Under the pieces are notes generated by a model, which saw only the letters and a program-made list of their open reading frames with translations, searched no databases and had not been told where the DNA came from. From the NCBI GenBank assembly GCA_964551315.1, contig CAZKCM010000018.1, positions 3,423-67,422 of the forward strand: 64,000 nucleotides of DNA. Direction: 5' to 3'. This stretch comes from an uncultured Rhodospirillaceae bacterium (lineage in GTDB: Bacteria; Pseudomonadota; Alphaproteobacteria; Dongiales; Dongiaceae). This document shows positions 39,384 to 49,839 of the stretch, piece after piece. Numbering within the stretch: position 1 is the stretch's first letter; each line of letters starts with the position of its first letter. The translations under genes and the position numbers were made by a program.

Positions 39384-40997
39384 CTAATCCGTGCCGGTCC
39401 CGCCGAGCGCCCGCAGATAGGCCGACAGCGGCGCCGTCCCGTCCAGGAACCGTTCGATTGTCTCCTTTGCCTCCCCCGGGCCGTCATGAAATTCCGCGGC
39501 GATGGCGACCACGGCCGCTGCCGGATCCGACCCGAGAAGCCGGCCGCGCACCTGAAGAAGCTTGGCGACCAGCGGGCTGGCGGTGAATTGGCCGTCGATC
39601 CAGTACCAGGAGACGACCAGCCGCTGCGCCGCCCCCGAGGCGAGCCGGTCGAGCCGGGCCTCCGCCGGAAGGTCTTCCTGCCGGAGGGCGATTTGCCCCC
39701 GTTCCACGCGCCGCCAGGTCCGGCCATCCTCGAAGCTGTTGGCATAGTAGACGGCCTCGGCGCCCTGTCGCTGGTAGACGTAATAGGCGACGAAGAAGTC
39801 GACGAACGCCCCGTCCTCCGCCCGGTACCTTTCGAGGACGATGCGGTCGGCGCCGGGGAACCGAGGCAGCCAGGACGGCCCCTCTGCCTCGACCCGGGTC
39901 CAACCGGGGTTGACCTCCGGCGGAACGTCCGAGGGGACCGTCGAGGTCGCCGGCGGGCGCATGATCGTCAGGGCGTAGCTCGGGGCAGCCAGAACGATCA
40001 GCAGCGCGACGACCGCCAGGCCGGTCCGCCACGGCCGCCGCTCCGCGGCGGCCCAGTCCGGCCCTTCCGAGGATTCGGCGAGCCGGCCGATCGGACGGTC
40101 GGTGAACAGGTTTCCGATCAGCAGCAGAACGATCATCACGGCGGTGAAGAAGCCCCAGCCGTAGACGATGTGGTCCACCCCGGCGGCCAAGCGGTTGTCG
40201 GTCAGATGGGCGATGAGAATGATCCCGAACGCCCGGAAGCCGTTGGCGATGACCGGAACCACGAAGGCGAGGGCGAGGAAAGCCACCCACTTCCACCACT
40301 TGGTGTAGGCGAGATAGGCGAAGAGGGTCGCGACCACGACGTTGGCGATCAGGAACCGCACGCCGGCGCAGGCTTCGGCTACCTCGAACAGGCCGTTCGG
40401 GATGGTGATGAGGATGCCGTCGTGGAAGACAGGGATCCCGATCAGCCGAAGCAGCTTCACCGAGAAGACCGCCGTGAACTGCTGCAGCGGCGGGATCAGA
40501 AAGTCGCCGACCGGGACCATGAAGAACAGGAACAGGAGCGGGAAGGCCAGCTTTGCCGCGATGCGCCGGCCGAATGCGAACAGGAACAGGGCGACCACCG
40601 TGCCGATCAGGCCGACATACTGGACGACCATCACGTCGGCGGCGCGGCCGAGCAGCCATCCGCAGGAAAAGGCCAGCACGGCGAGAAGGGCCAGCGGCTC
40701 CTGCTCCGGCATCATCCGCCGCAGCTCGTCGCGGCGCATCCAGATAAGGAACAGGCTGATGGGAAGGACCAGAAAGCCGTGGTTGTAGGTGGTGGTTTTC
40801 CACCAGGTGGTCGCCATGGCGACCACCACGTCGGCGAGCAGGGCGACCAGCAGGGCGACCAGTACGCCGAACCAGCCGATGGCCCGCGTCCAGGCCTGCG
40901 CTCTGGCCCGTTCCGATGGTCGGATCTCCGTCCGACGTTCCGCGTGATCCGTCATGTCGGGCTCGCGAGAAGCATCATCGAGGCTCTCCGTCATCAT
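39384..40997 (-). CDS. xrtA: Exosortase A with C-terminal EpsI domain
   Basis: TYNHG, FEVAEACAG (Cys), ANGFR (Arg), VDHIVYGW (His), WYWIDG; start 40997 or 40955. Confidence 0.92.
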   Translation of the reverse strand: MMTESLDDASREPDMTDHAERRTEIRPSERARAQAWTRAIGWFGVLVALLVALLADVVVAMATTWWKTTTYNHGFLVLPISLFLIWMRRDELRRMMPEQEPLALLAVLAFSCGWLLGRAADVMVVQYVGLIGTVVALFLFAFGRRIAAKLAFPLLFLFFMVPVGDFLIPPLQQFTAVFSVKLLRLIGIPVFHDGILITIPNGLFEVAEACAGVRFLIANVVVATLFAYLAYTKWWKWVAFLALAFVVPVIANGFRAFGIILIAHLTDNRLAAGVDHIVYGWGFFTAVMIVLLLIGNLFTDRPIGRLAESSEGPDWAAAERRPWRTGLAVVALLIVLAAPSYALTIMRPPATSTVPSDVPPEVNPGWTRVEAEGPSWLPRFPGADRIVLERYRAEDGAFVDFFVAYYVYQRQGAEAVYYANSFEDGRTWRRVERGQIALRQEDLPAEARLDRLASGAAQRLVVSWYWIDGQFTASPLVAKLLQVRGRLLGSDPAAAVVAIAAEFHDGPGEAKETIERFLDGTAPLSAYLRALGGTGTD

Positions 40998-41024
40998 CGC
41001 CGCCGGATCTCGACTTCCGCCGTG

Positions 41025-41861
41025 TCAGCCCGGCCGGGCCTCCGCGGCCGCGACGCTCCGGCCCAGACGACGATACAGCCGAGTGCGGCCCAAGGCATAG
41101 CGGTGCTTGGCGAAGAGATAGGCCAAGCCCTTGGCGTGCCGCCAGGTGAAGGACGGGCGCTTGGCCCCTCGGCCGATTTCCTGCGCGTCGTGGATGGCGT
41201 GGACCGAGGGATCGTAGACCACGGAATACCCGGCCTGCCAGACCCGCAGGCAGTAATCGACATCCTCGGGCGAGTAGAAGATGCGCTCGTCCAGGGGCCC
41301 CACCCGGTCGAGCACGTCGCGCCGGAACAGCCAGAACGCCGAGATCGCGTAGTCTACGGCGACGACGCCGCCGGAGGGATCGGGTGGCCGGAGCGCCGCC
41401 TCGAGGGAGCGCAGGCTGAGGAACCGTCGCAGCTTCCGGCCCAGGGTGGGGAAGACGTCGGTCGACAATTGCGGGCGTCCGTCCGGATAAATCAGGCGCG
41501 GTGCCACGATCCCCCGCTTGGGATCGGCGTCTGCGACGCCGATCAGATGATCGACTGTGCCGATGGGGACCTCGACGTCCGAATCCAGGATGAGAATGTA
41601 GCGACCGCTCGACCGTCGCAGGGCCATGTTGCGCGATACGGTCGTGCCGGTGTTGCGCTCGCAGTAGATGCCGTGGACCAGATCCGGGTATTTCGCCTCG
41701 AGGCGCCGCAGCTCGGCCACGCTGCCGTCCGTCGAACCGTTTTCCACGACCCAGATCTCGTTGGGCTCGCCCGACCGGGACAGTTCGGCGGCGAGCGAGT
41801 CGACACACTTGGCCAGATATCGCGCCGAGTTGAAGGACAGGATGACGGCGGAAACGCGCAT
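41025..41861 (-). CDS. GT2 family glycosyltransferase
   Basis: VILSFN, VENGSTDGS, LDSD, DERIFYSPEDVDYC. Confidence 0.9.
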   Translation of the reverse strand: MRVSAVILSFNSARYLAKCVDSLAAELSRSGEPNEIWVVENGSTDGSVAELRRLEAKYPDLVHGIYCERNTGTTVSRNMALRRSSGRYILILDSDVEVPIGTVDHLIGVADADPKRGIVAPRLIYPDGRPQLSTDVFPTLGRKLRRFLSLRSLEAALRPPDPSGGVVAVDYAISAFWLFRRDVLDRVGPLDERIFYSPEDVDYCLRVWQAGYSVVYDPSVHAIHDAQEIGRGAKRPSFTWRHAKGLAYLFAKHRYALGRTRLYRRLGRSVAAAEARPG

Positions 41862-41864
41862 CGC

Positions 41865-42899
41865 TCAGCCCAGCTGCCGCGCGATCGGCGGCCCGATGAG
41901 GTTGGCGACCGGAAGCGGCAGGCGCTTCCAGGTCTCGACGAACACCCGGTACTTCGGGTTCAGCGGATTGATGTTTGGGATCTCCTTGCTGCGGACCAGG
42001 TGGTACTGGTAGTGCAGCGGCTCCGGCTTGAATCCCCAGAACACCTTGTAGTCGAAGGAACCGGTGCCGAATTTGCTGCGCCCGAAATCGAACACCCTGG
42101 CGCCCCGCGCGACCGCCCGGCGCATCAGCGTCCAGTACATGTAGTCGTAGGCGTGGAGCCGGCGCGCAACCGGACGCGCGCTGGAGTAGTAGGGCGTGAC
42201 CTCGTCCTTGAAGTAGAGGCTGGTCGCCGCGGCGACCGGCCCGTCGGGCCCGTGGACCACCGCGACCTCCACGGCGTCGCCGAATTCCCGCTTCAGGTTG
42301 ATGAAGAACCGCTTCGGAAAGACCGGCGTACCGAGGTTGCGCAGGCTTTCGGCGTAGATGCGGTAGAAGTCGTCGATCGGGGCATCCACCTCGACCGACA
42401 GCCCGTTCTTGAAGCTCTTCTTCAGGTCGTAACGCCGCTTGGACGGCACCGCTTTGAGGGCCGCGGCCTCGTCCGGAAGAATCTCGCGCCGGAAGGTCGC
42501 GTAGACGTCGGTCTTGGCCGGCCAATCGATCGCTCTGACCGGCCCCTGGTGGCGAAGTTCGACGTAATCGACCCCGAGCTCCCGCCCCAGCGCCGCCGCG
42601 TCCTCGGCAAGGGCGGCCGTCGCCTCGTCGTCGAGCGCGGCAACGCCGCCATAGACGCCGAACCCGGTCGAAATCAGCGCGTTCCCGAACAGCCGCGTCT
42701 TGACGTGGACGAGCGGCAGGATGCCGACGATCGCCCCGTCGCGGCGGGCGTAGCGGAAATGGCTCTCATATCCATAGCTCTCCGCCACCACGCGGCGCCA
42801 GCCGGCGCGGTGGAAGAAGCTGGTTCCGGGGCAGGCCGCGACGAACGCCTCCCACGGGGCCTCATCCGCCTGGCCCAGCTCATGGATCGTGACCGCCAT
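41865..42899 (-). CDS. FemAB-related protein, PEP-CTERM/XrtA-associated
   Basis: FFHRAGW, LFGNALIS, RNLGTPVFP, FDFGRSK, NPLNPKY. Confidence 0.9.
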   Translation of the reverse strand: MAVTIHELGQADEAPWEAFVAACPGTSFFHRAGWRRVVAESYGYESHFRYARRDGAIVGILPLVHVKTRLFGNALISTGFGVYGGVAALDDEATAALAEDAAALGRELGVDYVELRHQGPVRAIDWPAKTDVYATFRREILPDEAAALKAVPSKRRYDLKKSFKNGLSVEVDAPIDDFYRIYAESLRNLGTPVFPKRFFINLKREFGDAVEVAVVHGPDGPVAAATSLYFKDEVTPYYSSARPVARRLHAYDYMYWTLMRRAVARGARVFDFGRSKFGTGSFDYKVFWGFKPEPLHYQYHLVRSKEIPNINPLNPKYRVFVETWKRLPLPVANLIGPPIARQLG

Positions 42900-43874
42900 T
42901 CAGAGTCCGGCGACGCCTTTGCCGTTATCCAGGAAGACCTCGTCGACTCGCGACCACGCGAAGTCCGACAGCGCTCGGCGCAGCTTGGCCTCCATACCCT
43001 TAAGATTGACGTAATGCCGCAGCCGCGACCGCCGCGGCGCGGTTGTGATGCGCGGTTGCTCGGGGTCGATCTCCCAGGGATGGAAGTAGAAGATCGCCGG
43101 CCGTCCCTCCGTCTCGTTCACGCGCCGCAAGCCCTGGCGCCACAACGCGTAGGGGAACAACCGGAAATAGCCGCCGCCGCCGCAGGGCAGACGGCGGCCC
43201 AGCAATTCGACGGTCGTGATCGGAATCTCGAGGAGGCCGAAGCCGTCGGGACGGGCGCGGCCGGGGCCGCGCTCGTCGGACCCAGGGCCATTGGGGCGGA
43301 ACGGAAACCGGTCGGCGTCGGGAACGCCGTAATGGTCGTGCCGGATCGGGTTGATGCTCGAACTGTAGGTATACCCGGTCTCGGCGAGCACATCGAAGGC
43401 CCACCAGGTCTCGCGGTTGATCGAGAAGCTGGCGGCGCGGTATCCCTTCACCGCGACGCCGCCGAGGTCTTCGAGGATCTTCTTCGTCCGCGATACGTCT
43501 TCCCGGAACTCGTCCGGGGTCTGTTCGAAGACGCGATAGTGGGACAGGCCGTGGCTGGCCAGCTCGTGCCCCTCCTCGACGATCCTGCGGACGAGGTTCG
43601 GATGGCGCTCGGCGATGCAGCCCAGCATGAAGAAGGTGGCGCGCACCTTGGCTTCGGCGAACAGCTCGAGGATGCGGTCGGTGTTTCGCTCCACCCGGGA
43701 TGGATAGTTCGGCCAGTCGGCGCGCGTGATCGTGCCGGCGAAGGCCGAGACCTGATAGTAATCCTCGACATCGACGGACATCGCATTGACGACGCGGCTG
43801 CGGCCCGCGGCGACTGGGCGCGGCGCGGCGCCGGAGGCATGTCCGGCGGAGGTCGGTTCCGTGGCGTTCATCAT
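42900..43874 (-). CDS. XrtA-system polysaccharide deacetylase
   Basis: NAMSVDVEDYYQVSAF, ATFF, GHELASHG, GYRAASFSI, YFHPWEIDPEQP. Confidence 0.92.
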   Translation of the reverse strand: MMNATEPTSAGHASGAAPRPVAAGRSRVVNAMSVDVEDYYQVSAFAGTITRADWPNYPSRVERNTDRILELFAEAKVRATFFMLGCIAERHPNLVRRIVEEGHELASHGLSHYRVFEQTPDEFREDVSRTKKILEDLGGVAVKGYRAASFSINRETWWAFDVLAETGYTYSSSINPIRHDHYGVPDADRFPFRPNGPGSDERGPGRARPDGFGLLEIPITTVELLGRRLPCGGGGYFRLFPYALWRQGLRRVNETEGRPAIFYFHPWEIDPEQPRITTAPRRSRLRHYVNLKGMEAKLRRALSDFAWSRVDEVFLDNGKGVAGL

Positions 43875-45001
43875 TTCTGTCCGGTATCGTCGTCGTCCGG
43901 CGGGCGCCCGGAGCGCTTGGCCGGCAGGAACGGCATCGAGAGATAGCTCACCGCCGTCTCCAGGAGCTCGCGCAGGACCTGTTCGTGCCGCGAGACGAGA
44001 ACTTCCAGCCGGTCGAGCCGGGCGCCGAGCTCGGGCGGTATTGCGCCTGCCGGCGCGTCCGCCGCCGGCGATTCACCGAAATGGCCGTTCGTGCGCGCCG
44101 CCGAGTGGAAGCGCGGCCGGATCGGCTCGGTCAACTCTTCCGCCGGTGCCGGCTCCGCGGCGCCGCCCTGCCGCAAGGTGACTCCTTCCGCCACTTCCTT
44201 CCGCAGGTCTTCGACGACCTCGTCGACCGCGTCCTCGTCAAGGGTGTGGACCTCCTCCAGCGCGCCGTAAAGCAGCAGGCGGTTGCAGAGCGTATTGATC
44301 CGGCGCGGAATGCCCTCGGTTTCGGCAAAAATACGATCGAAGGCGGCGTCGGTGATCGCCGGATCGCCCGTCCACCCCACCATGCTGAGGCGGTGCTTGA
44401 TGTACTCCCGCGTTTCCGTGGCCGTCATCGGCTCCAGGTGATAGGAGGCGATCACCCGCTGGCGGAGCTGCTCGAGGTTGGGATTGCCGAGCAATGCGTT
44501 GAACTGCGGCTGACCGAGGAGGAAGCTCTGGAACAGCGACTGCCCGCCGACGCTGAAGTTCGACAGCATCCGCAGTTCCTCGATGGTCCGCATCGGCAGG
44601 TTCTGCGCCTCGTCCACCACCAGCAGCACCCGCCGGTTGAGCTTGTGCTGCTGCACGAGGAAGTTCTCGAACGCCCGCAGGAGGGACGCCTTGTCGGGCG
44701 TCGGGGCAGGGATATTGAACGCGGAGAGGATCATCCGCACCGCGTCGTCGGCCTCGACCTGCGTGGTGACGATCTGCGCCGCGATCACCTCGGTGGAGTC
44801 GATCTCCGAGAAGAGCTGGCTCACGAGCGTCGTTTTGCCCGTCCCGACGGGGCCGGTGATGACGATGAATCCTTCTCCCTGGTGCAGCCCGAACTTCAGG
44901 TAGGACATCGCCTTCCTGTGGCTGTGACTCCGGTAGAAGAAGCGATGGTCCGGGCTCAGCTTGAAGGGCGGCCCGGACAGCCCGTAAAACTCTTCATACA
45001 T
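43871..45001 (-). CDS. XrtA/PEP-CTERM-associated ExeA-like secretion ATPase
   Basis: MYEEFYGL..PF, GPVGTGKT (Walker A), LLVVDEAQNL, GQP, GIPRRIN. Confidence 0.92.
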   Translation of the reverse strand: MYEEFYGLSGPPFKLSPDHRFFYRSHSHRKAMSYLKFGLHQGEGFIVITGPVGTGKTTLVSQLFSEIDSTEVIAAQIVTTQVEADDAVRMILSAFNIPAPTPDKASLLRAFENFLVQQHKLNRRVLLVVDEAQNLPMRTIEELRMLSNFSVGGQSLFQSFLLGQPQFNALLGNPNLEQLRQRVIASYHLEPMTATETREYIKHRLSMVGWTGDPAITDAAFDRIFAETEGIPRRINTLCNRLLLYGALEEVHTLDEDAVDEVVEDLRKEVAEGVTLRQGGAAEPAPAEELTEPIRPRFHSAARTNGHFGESPAADAPAGAIPPELGARLDRLEVLVSRHEQVLRELLETAVSYLSMPFLPAKRSGRPPDDDDTGQK

Positions 45002-45003
45002 GC

Positions 45004-46614
45004 CTAGAATGTCACCCGCAGTCCCAGGGTCACGGCATTCTCGGTGTATTCGTCGTTCTCGTCGTCGGCGAAGCGCTGGGCGTAGCTGTAGGCGGCGAGC
45101 GCCTGAAGGTTCTGCGCCAGATTGTGCGTGAGCTGCAGGCGCCCCAGCACCGTCTCGGTGTCGAGGCCGCCGGAGACGTCCGTCTCGGCGGTGCGGTAGC
45201 CCCCCAACACACCGAGGCGCGTGTCCGGCGTCAGGGCGTAGGTCCACCGGGCGGAGGTCGTGAGCAGCTTCTCGTCGGGCCGGAAGTCGAAGTCCCGTTC
45301 CTCGTAGACCGCCGCCAGGACGAAGTCGCTGCGCTCGTAGCTGCCCGAGAGCGAAGCCTGGAAGCGATGGGCCAGAAAGGCTTCGTCCTCAAGCCCCAGG
45401 AAGTCGTCAATGTCCTCGACCGGCAGGCCGGTTGCCGGATCGATCAGCCGGCCCTGCTCGTCGACGGTCAGGTTGAAGGCCTGGCGCCCGATCGCGGCGC
45501 CGGTAATGTCCAGGACCTCCGTGTAGCTCGCCTGGAAGGTGAGGCGCGGCGAGATGAGATAGCGGGCCGACGCGAAGATGTTCTGCTCCTCGTACCGCTC
45601 GCCGTAACGGAACTCGAGCTCGCTCCGCGGCCCGGGCCGGGCGATGAAGCCGGCGTTCCAGACGAGGCCTTCCGGGTCGTCGCGCAGGTCGTCGGACTCG
45701 ATTTTCTCGTAGCCCACCGTTCCCACGGGCAGGAACCATCGGGTCAGGGCGTACTGACCGGACAGCAGCGCGGTTTTGCGCTCCAGGTCGCCGTCCCTGC
45801 CGTCCGACTCCACGTTCTCGTACTCCAGGTCGTTGCCGAGCTGGATGCGGGCGAAGCGGCTGCCCGTGACCGTCCGCAGGGACGCGGCGTTCGTGATCGT
45901 GCTGTCGGTGCCGTCGTCGCCGTCGTCGTCGTTGTCTCTGAAATAGGTGCGGTTGTGCCGGTAGCGAAGCTCGGAGTTCGCCCAGTTGCCGAACCCCTGG
46001 ATCCAGTAGGGGCTGACGCCGACCGTATAGACCTCGCTCAGGTCGTCGCGTCCGGAACCCGGCGAGGTGGAGACTGCGCTGAACGGATTCTCGAGCGCGA
46101 GGAAGGCGGACGCCTGTCCGTCGACGAAGAGGTGGCTTTGCAGCAGCTCGACGGTGCCGATGCCGCGGGCGTTCGGCCGCACCTCCACGTCGGTGTCGTC
46201 CGCGAATTCGGTGTCCAGGCTGAGCGCGGCGTCCAGGGCGGCCTCCGCGCGGGCGCCCGTGGCGCGGATGCTGGTCGCGCCGGTGTTCGTCCAGATGATC
46301 GCGTCTTCGGCCTCGTCGTCCGGGTCGAGATCGACGTTGTCCGTATAGGTAAGGGAGGTCTGGACCGAGTGGATCATGCTCACATCGGCCGACCAGGCCG
46401 CGGGCGCCGATCCCATCCAGACCGCCACCGCCGAAGCGCAGGCACTCAGAAGCGCGAGGCGCCTCGAGAGGTGTCCCCGCCGCCCGGCGCCGGTCGGCCG
46501 GGGCTCGCTCCGCCCGGCGGACTCTTCCGGCCCGCGTTCGCCACGGCCGGGTTCACTTCGAAGGGGACGATTCCACGTCGGAGGTGTTGGTCTGCTTTTC
46601 CTGATACGCGTCAT
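45004..46614 (-). CDS. PEP-CTERM-associated outer membrane beta-barrel (TIGR03016-like)
   Basis: TYTDNV, amphipathic strands, YTENAVTLGLRVTF terminal Phe; start uncertain. Confidence 0.8.
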   Translation of the reverse strand: MTRIRKSRPTPPTWNRPLRSEPGRGERGPEESAGRSEPRPTGAGRRGHLSRRLALLSACASAVAVWMGSAPAAWSADVSMIHSVQTSLTYTDNVDLDPDDEAEDAIIWTNTGATSIRATGARAEAALDAALSLDTEFADDTDVEVRPNARGIGTVELLQSHLFVDGQASAFLALENPFSAVSTSPGSGRDDLSEVYTVGVSPYWIQGFGNWANSELRYRHNRTYFRDNDDDGDDGTDSTITNAASLRTVTGSRFARIQLGNDLEYENVESDGRDGDLERKTALLSGQYALTRWFLPVGTVGYEKIESDDLRDDPEGLVWNAGFIARPGPRSELEFRYGERYEEQNIFASARYLISPRLTFQASYTEVLDITGAAIGRQAFNLTVDEQGRLIDPATGLPVEDIDDFLGLEDEAFLAHRFQASLSGSYERSDFVLAAVYEERDFDFRPDEKLLTTSARWTYALTPDTRLGVLGGYRTAETDVSGGLDTETVLGRLQLTHNLAQNLQALAAYSYAQRFADDENDEYTENAVTLGLRVTF

Positions 46615-47554
46615 AATAGGTCCCGAACTGTTCGGTGCCGCCGGAGGTGGTTGTCTTGTTGAGGACGAAGCTGATGTTTTCGCAAGGCTCAAGGAGTTCG
46701 AGGGCCGATTGCACCGCCCGTTGCGAGGTGGCATTCGCCTCGACGACGAACAGGATCTGCCCGACATGCTGTGCGATCGCCAGCGGTTCGGTGCTCGCCA
46801 GCACCGGCGGCGCGTCGAAGATGATGACGCGATCGGGGTAGCGCCGCGCGATCTTCTCCACGAACTGGTGCATCTGAGGGCCGCCGAACAGTTCGGTCGC
46901 CGACGCCACGGGCTGGCCGGAGGGCAGCAACGTCAGCCGAAGGCTGTGGTCGCGCAGGAGCACATCGGCCATCTCCATCTTCGGATCCCTCAGGATGTCG
47001 ACCAGCCCCTTCTTCGCCTTGAGGCCCAGCGTGCTCAGAATCGCCGGGCGGAGGATGTCCGCGTCGATCAGCAGGACGTTGTAGCCTTCGTCCGCGATGA
47101 AGCTGAGCGCCAGATTGAGCGACAGGAAGCTCTTGCCTTCCTCGGGACGCGCGCTGGTCACCATGATCACATGGCCCAGGGATTCGGCCGCCTCGCCGGC
47201 TTTGTCCGTGGCGAACAGGCTCATCCGCTGCATCAGCCGCCGCTTGATCAGGCGGATCTCCTCCGACAGCCGTGACCGGCGGGTGTCCGGCGTGATGAAT
47301 CCCTTGGCCTTCAGCCGTTCGAGGTCGATCGTGACCTCGGTGCTGCGGCGCGCCGGCGAGGTCTCCGGGCCGGGGGTGACGAAGGACGGCGTCTCGGGAC
47401 GAAGCGGCGCCTGCGGTTGTGGCGGGGGCGATTCCGCCTGCCGCCGCTCCCGGGCCGACTGTCCCGACACGAAGCCGCGGGCAGCGGCGCGCTCAAGCAG
47501 GGATTCGGTCCGGGGGCGACCCTTGCGCTGAGCGGCCTTGTCGATCAGACTCAT
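46553..47554 (-). CDS. BY-kinase (Wzc cytoplasmic domain, tyrosine autokinase)
   Basis: EEIRLIKR, SARPEEGKS, LIDAD, IFDAPP, C-terminal YY..Y. Confidence 0.9.
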   Translation of the reverse strand: MSLIDKAAQRKGRPRTESLLERAAARGFVSGQSARERRQAESPPPQPQAPLRPETPSFVTPGPETSPARRSTEVTIDLERLKAKGFITPDTRRSRLSEEIRLIKRRLMQRMSLFATDKAGEAAESLGHVIMVTSARPEEGKSFLSLNLALSFIADEGYNVLLIDADILRPAILSTLGLKAKKGLVDILRDPKMEMADVLLRDHSLRLTLLPSGQPVASATELFGGPQMHQFVEKIARRYPDRVIIFDAPPVLASTEPLAIAQHVGQILFVVEANATSQRAVQSALELLEPCENISFVLNKTTTSGGTEQFGTYYDAYQEKQTNTSDVESSPSK

Positions 47555-47615
47555 GTTGGTCTTGACTCCCTTTGGCTCCATTGAGTGACCTGTGCTGCTG
47601 GCTCGCTCGCCGCGG

Positions 47616-49175
47616 CTATAACCAAAGCATCTGGATCTGACCGTACACCCTGTTCGACAGGCTAACCAGATCGGGGAACAGAAGGACCAGGGCGCCGAAC
47701 ACTCCCATAAGCGCCACCAGGCTCAAGGCGAACGCCGACATGTCCACGAACTGCAGTCGGTCGCGGGTGCGGTTTTGCACCAGGGACAGGCTGCCGAGCA
47801 CCGGCACACCGAAGGCTTCGCGCAGCTGCGCCACGGTCGTGAAGGAGTCCTTCAGCTGGATCTGGACGAGGGCGAGGCCGAGGCCGGAGCCGATCGCCGC
47901 GAACAGCACCGCGGAGAAGAACAGGGGGCGGTTCGGGCCGCTCGGCTTAAGGGGCACGACCGGCGGATCGACGATCCGGAACTCGACATTCGTCGTCTGG
48001 TCGTTGAGGTTCTGGGCCAGCCGGGCCGATTCCCGGCGCTCGATCAGCGACTGGTAGTTCTGCCGCAGCACGTCATAGTCTCGGGTCATCTGCGCGAGCT
48101 GGAGGGCGACGGGCGGCACCTCCTGGATACGCTGCCGAAGGTTTTGCACCTGCGCCCGCTGCGTTTCCAGGCGGCGCTCAAGGCTGCGGATCTCGCGCTC
48201 GATCCGCTCGATCTCGCCCTGAATCTGGGTGTAGGCGGGGTTCGGCACCTGGACCGCTTGCGGCCCGGTGCGCTCGTTCTCGACCTGGGCCCTGGCCGAC
48301 TCGATCAGGCGTGCCAGCGCTTTGACGTTCGGATGCTCCGTCGTGTAGCGCAGCAAGAGGTCGTCCATTTGCCGCTCGAGCTCGGCCAGGCGCTGCTGGG
48401 CGGGCGTCGGCCCGGCGGCTGCCTGGCCGGCCAGGAACTCCGGCGTGCGGGCCAGCTCCGCCTGAAGCTCGTCGCGCTGCCAGATCGCCGACTGAAGCTC
48501 CGTCTCCAGCCGCTGGATATCGAACTCGCCCTGCTGCAGGCGGCCGCTGTACCGTTCCTGATAGTTGAGTTCCGAAGCGTTGGCCCGCTTGAACTCCGCG
48601 ACCGCCGCCTCGGCCTGCCGCAGCCGCTGCTCGTACTCCGCGATCTGCGCGTCGATGAAGCGGCGCGCCCGGTCCATGTCCCGCTGGCTGGTTCCAAGGT
48701 TCTGTTCGACGAAGATCGTCAGCAGCGCCTGCACGACCCGCTGCGCCCGTTCCGGATCCGTGTCTTCATAGCGCACCTCGAAGAGCTGGTCCCGCTGGGC
48801 AACGAGCTCCAGCCGCTGCTGCAGGGAAGCCAGCTTTGCCTCCTGGGCCTCCGGCGAGTTGACGGTGAGGTCCATGTCCGTCATCCGCATCAGCTCCAGC
48901 AGGTTCGGGCGCGTCAGCAGGGTGCGGCGCATGACCTCGAGCTGCTGCCGGATGTCGGTGCTCACGGTCAGCCCTCGCATCAAGGGGGTGAGCAGGCTCT
49001 GCGTATCCACATAGATGCGGGCGCTGGCCGTGTAGCGATCGGGGAGCATCGACACGACCGTCCAACCGGCGACGCTGACCAGCCAGGCCACGGCGACGAC
49101 CAGCCACCGGCGTGCCCACAGCTCGGACAGATAGTACTTGACCAGGAGTTTCGGATTGACGGTATCTGGCAGCAT
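47616..49175 (-). CDS. Polysaccharide chain-length determinant (Wzz/Wzc periplasmic part)
   Basis: Two TMs flanking coiled coils; YT..HP; FRIVDPP; PSGPNR. Confidence 0.9.
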   Translation of the reverse strand: MLPDTVNPKLLVKYYLSELWARRWLVVAVAWLVSVAGWTVVSMLPDRYTASARIYVDTQSLLTPLMRGLTVSTDIRQQLEVMRRTLLTRPNLLELMRMTDMDLTVNSPEAQEAKLASLQQRLELVAQRDQLFEVRYEDTDPERAQRVVQALLTIFVEQNLGTSQRDMDRARRFIDAQIAEYEQRLRQAEAAVAEFKRANASELNYQERYSGRLQQGEFDIQRLETELQSAIWQRDELQAELARTPEFLAGQAAAGPTPAQQRLAELERQMDDLLLRYTTEHPNVKALARLIESARAQVENERTGPQAVQVPNPAYTQIQGEIERIEREIRSLERRLETQRAQVQNLRQRIQEVPPVALQLAQMTRDYDVLRQNYQSLIERRESARLAQNLNDQTTNVEFRIVDPPVVPLKPSGPNRPLFFSAVLFAAIGSGLGLALVQIQLKDSFTTVAQLREAFGVPVLGSLSLVQNRTRDRLQFVDMSAFALSLVALMGVFGALVLLFPDLVSLSNRVYGQIQMLWL

Positions 49176-49198
49176 CGCTTCCGGTCCTCGGACGGCCG

Positions 49199-49837
49199 TT
49201 AGAACCAGCTCTGCGGAATGATGATGACGTCGCCCGGCATCACCGGCACGTTCGCCGAGATGTCGCCGTCCTTCAGCAGGTCATCGAGACGGACGTTGTA
49301 GGTCTGTTGCTGCTCGCCCGCCCGGCGGACGATGACGGCGCGGTTGCCGGCCGCGAAGTCGGTCAGCCCGCCTACCTCGATCATGACGTCAAGGACCGTC
49401 ATGCCGTCGCGGTAGGGGATGGCGCGCGGCTGCGTCGCCTCGCCGACCACCCGGACCTGCTGGCTGAACGGTCCGGAGAAATTGCTGACGATGACGGTGA
49501 CCACCGGGTCGCGCATGTAGGTTGCCAGGTTCCGCTCGATATCCTCGGCCAGCTCCGAGGGGGTCTTGCCGGCGGCCTGAAGGTCCTGGATCAACGGAGT
49601 CGAGATCTTGCCGTCGGGGCGCACCGGCACCGTGACCGAGAACTCGGGCGCATTCCAGACGAAGACCTGTACGGTGTCGAGGGGGCCGATGCGGTAATCC
49701 GTGGCCGATGTGGTTGCGGTCTCGAGCGTCCCCGGAGCTGGCGGAAGATTCGTGGATGGGCCGCAGGCCGCGACCAGGACGGCGATCACGGCGGCCCAAA
49801 GGACGTTGGCCGTGGATCTGAATGACTTTCTTGACAC
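49199..49837 (-). CDS. wza: Wza-like polysaccharide export lipoprotein
   Basis: LVAAC lipobox, YRIGPLD, VRPDGKISTPL, VGGLTDFA, PGDVIIIPQSWF. Confidence 0.92.
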   Translation of the reverse strand: MSRKSFRSTANVLWAAVIAVLVAACGPSTNLPPAPGTLETATTSATDYRIGPLDTVQVFVWNAPEFSVTVPVRPDGKISTPLIQDLQAAGKTPSELAEDIERNLATYMRDPVVTVIVSNFSGPFSQQVRVVGEATQPRAIPYRDGMTVLDVMIEVGGLTDFAAGNRAVIVRRAGEQQQTYNVRLDDLLKDGDISANVPVMPGDVIIIPQSWF

Positions 49838-49839
49838 CT

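Noticed and set aside
37533-43946. 2137-aa plus-strand ORF (also 29582-32701, 33903-36614, 13421-15568 and 62279-64000 minus)
   Set aside because: Antisense shadows of well-supported genes; stop codons are scarce in high-GC DNA and no motifs are recognisable
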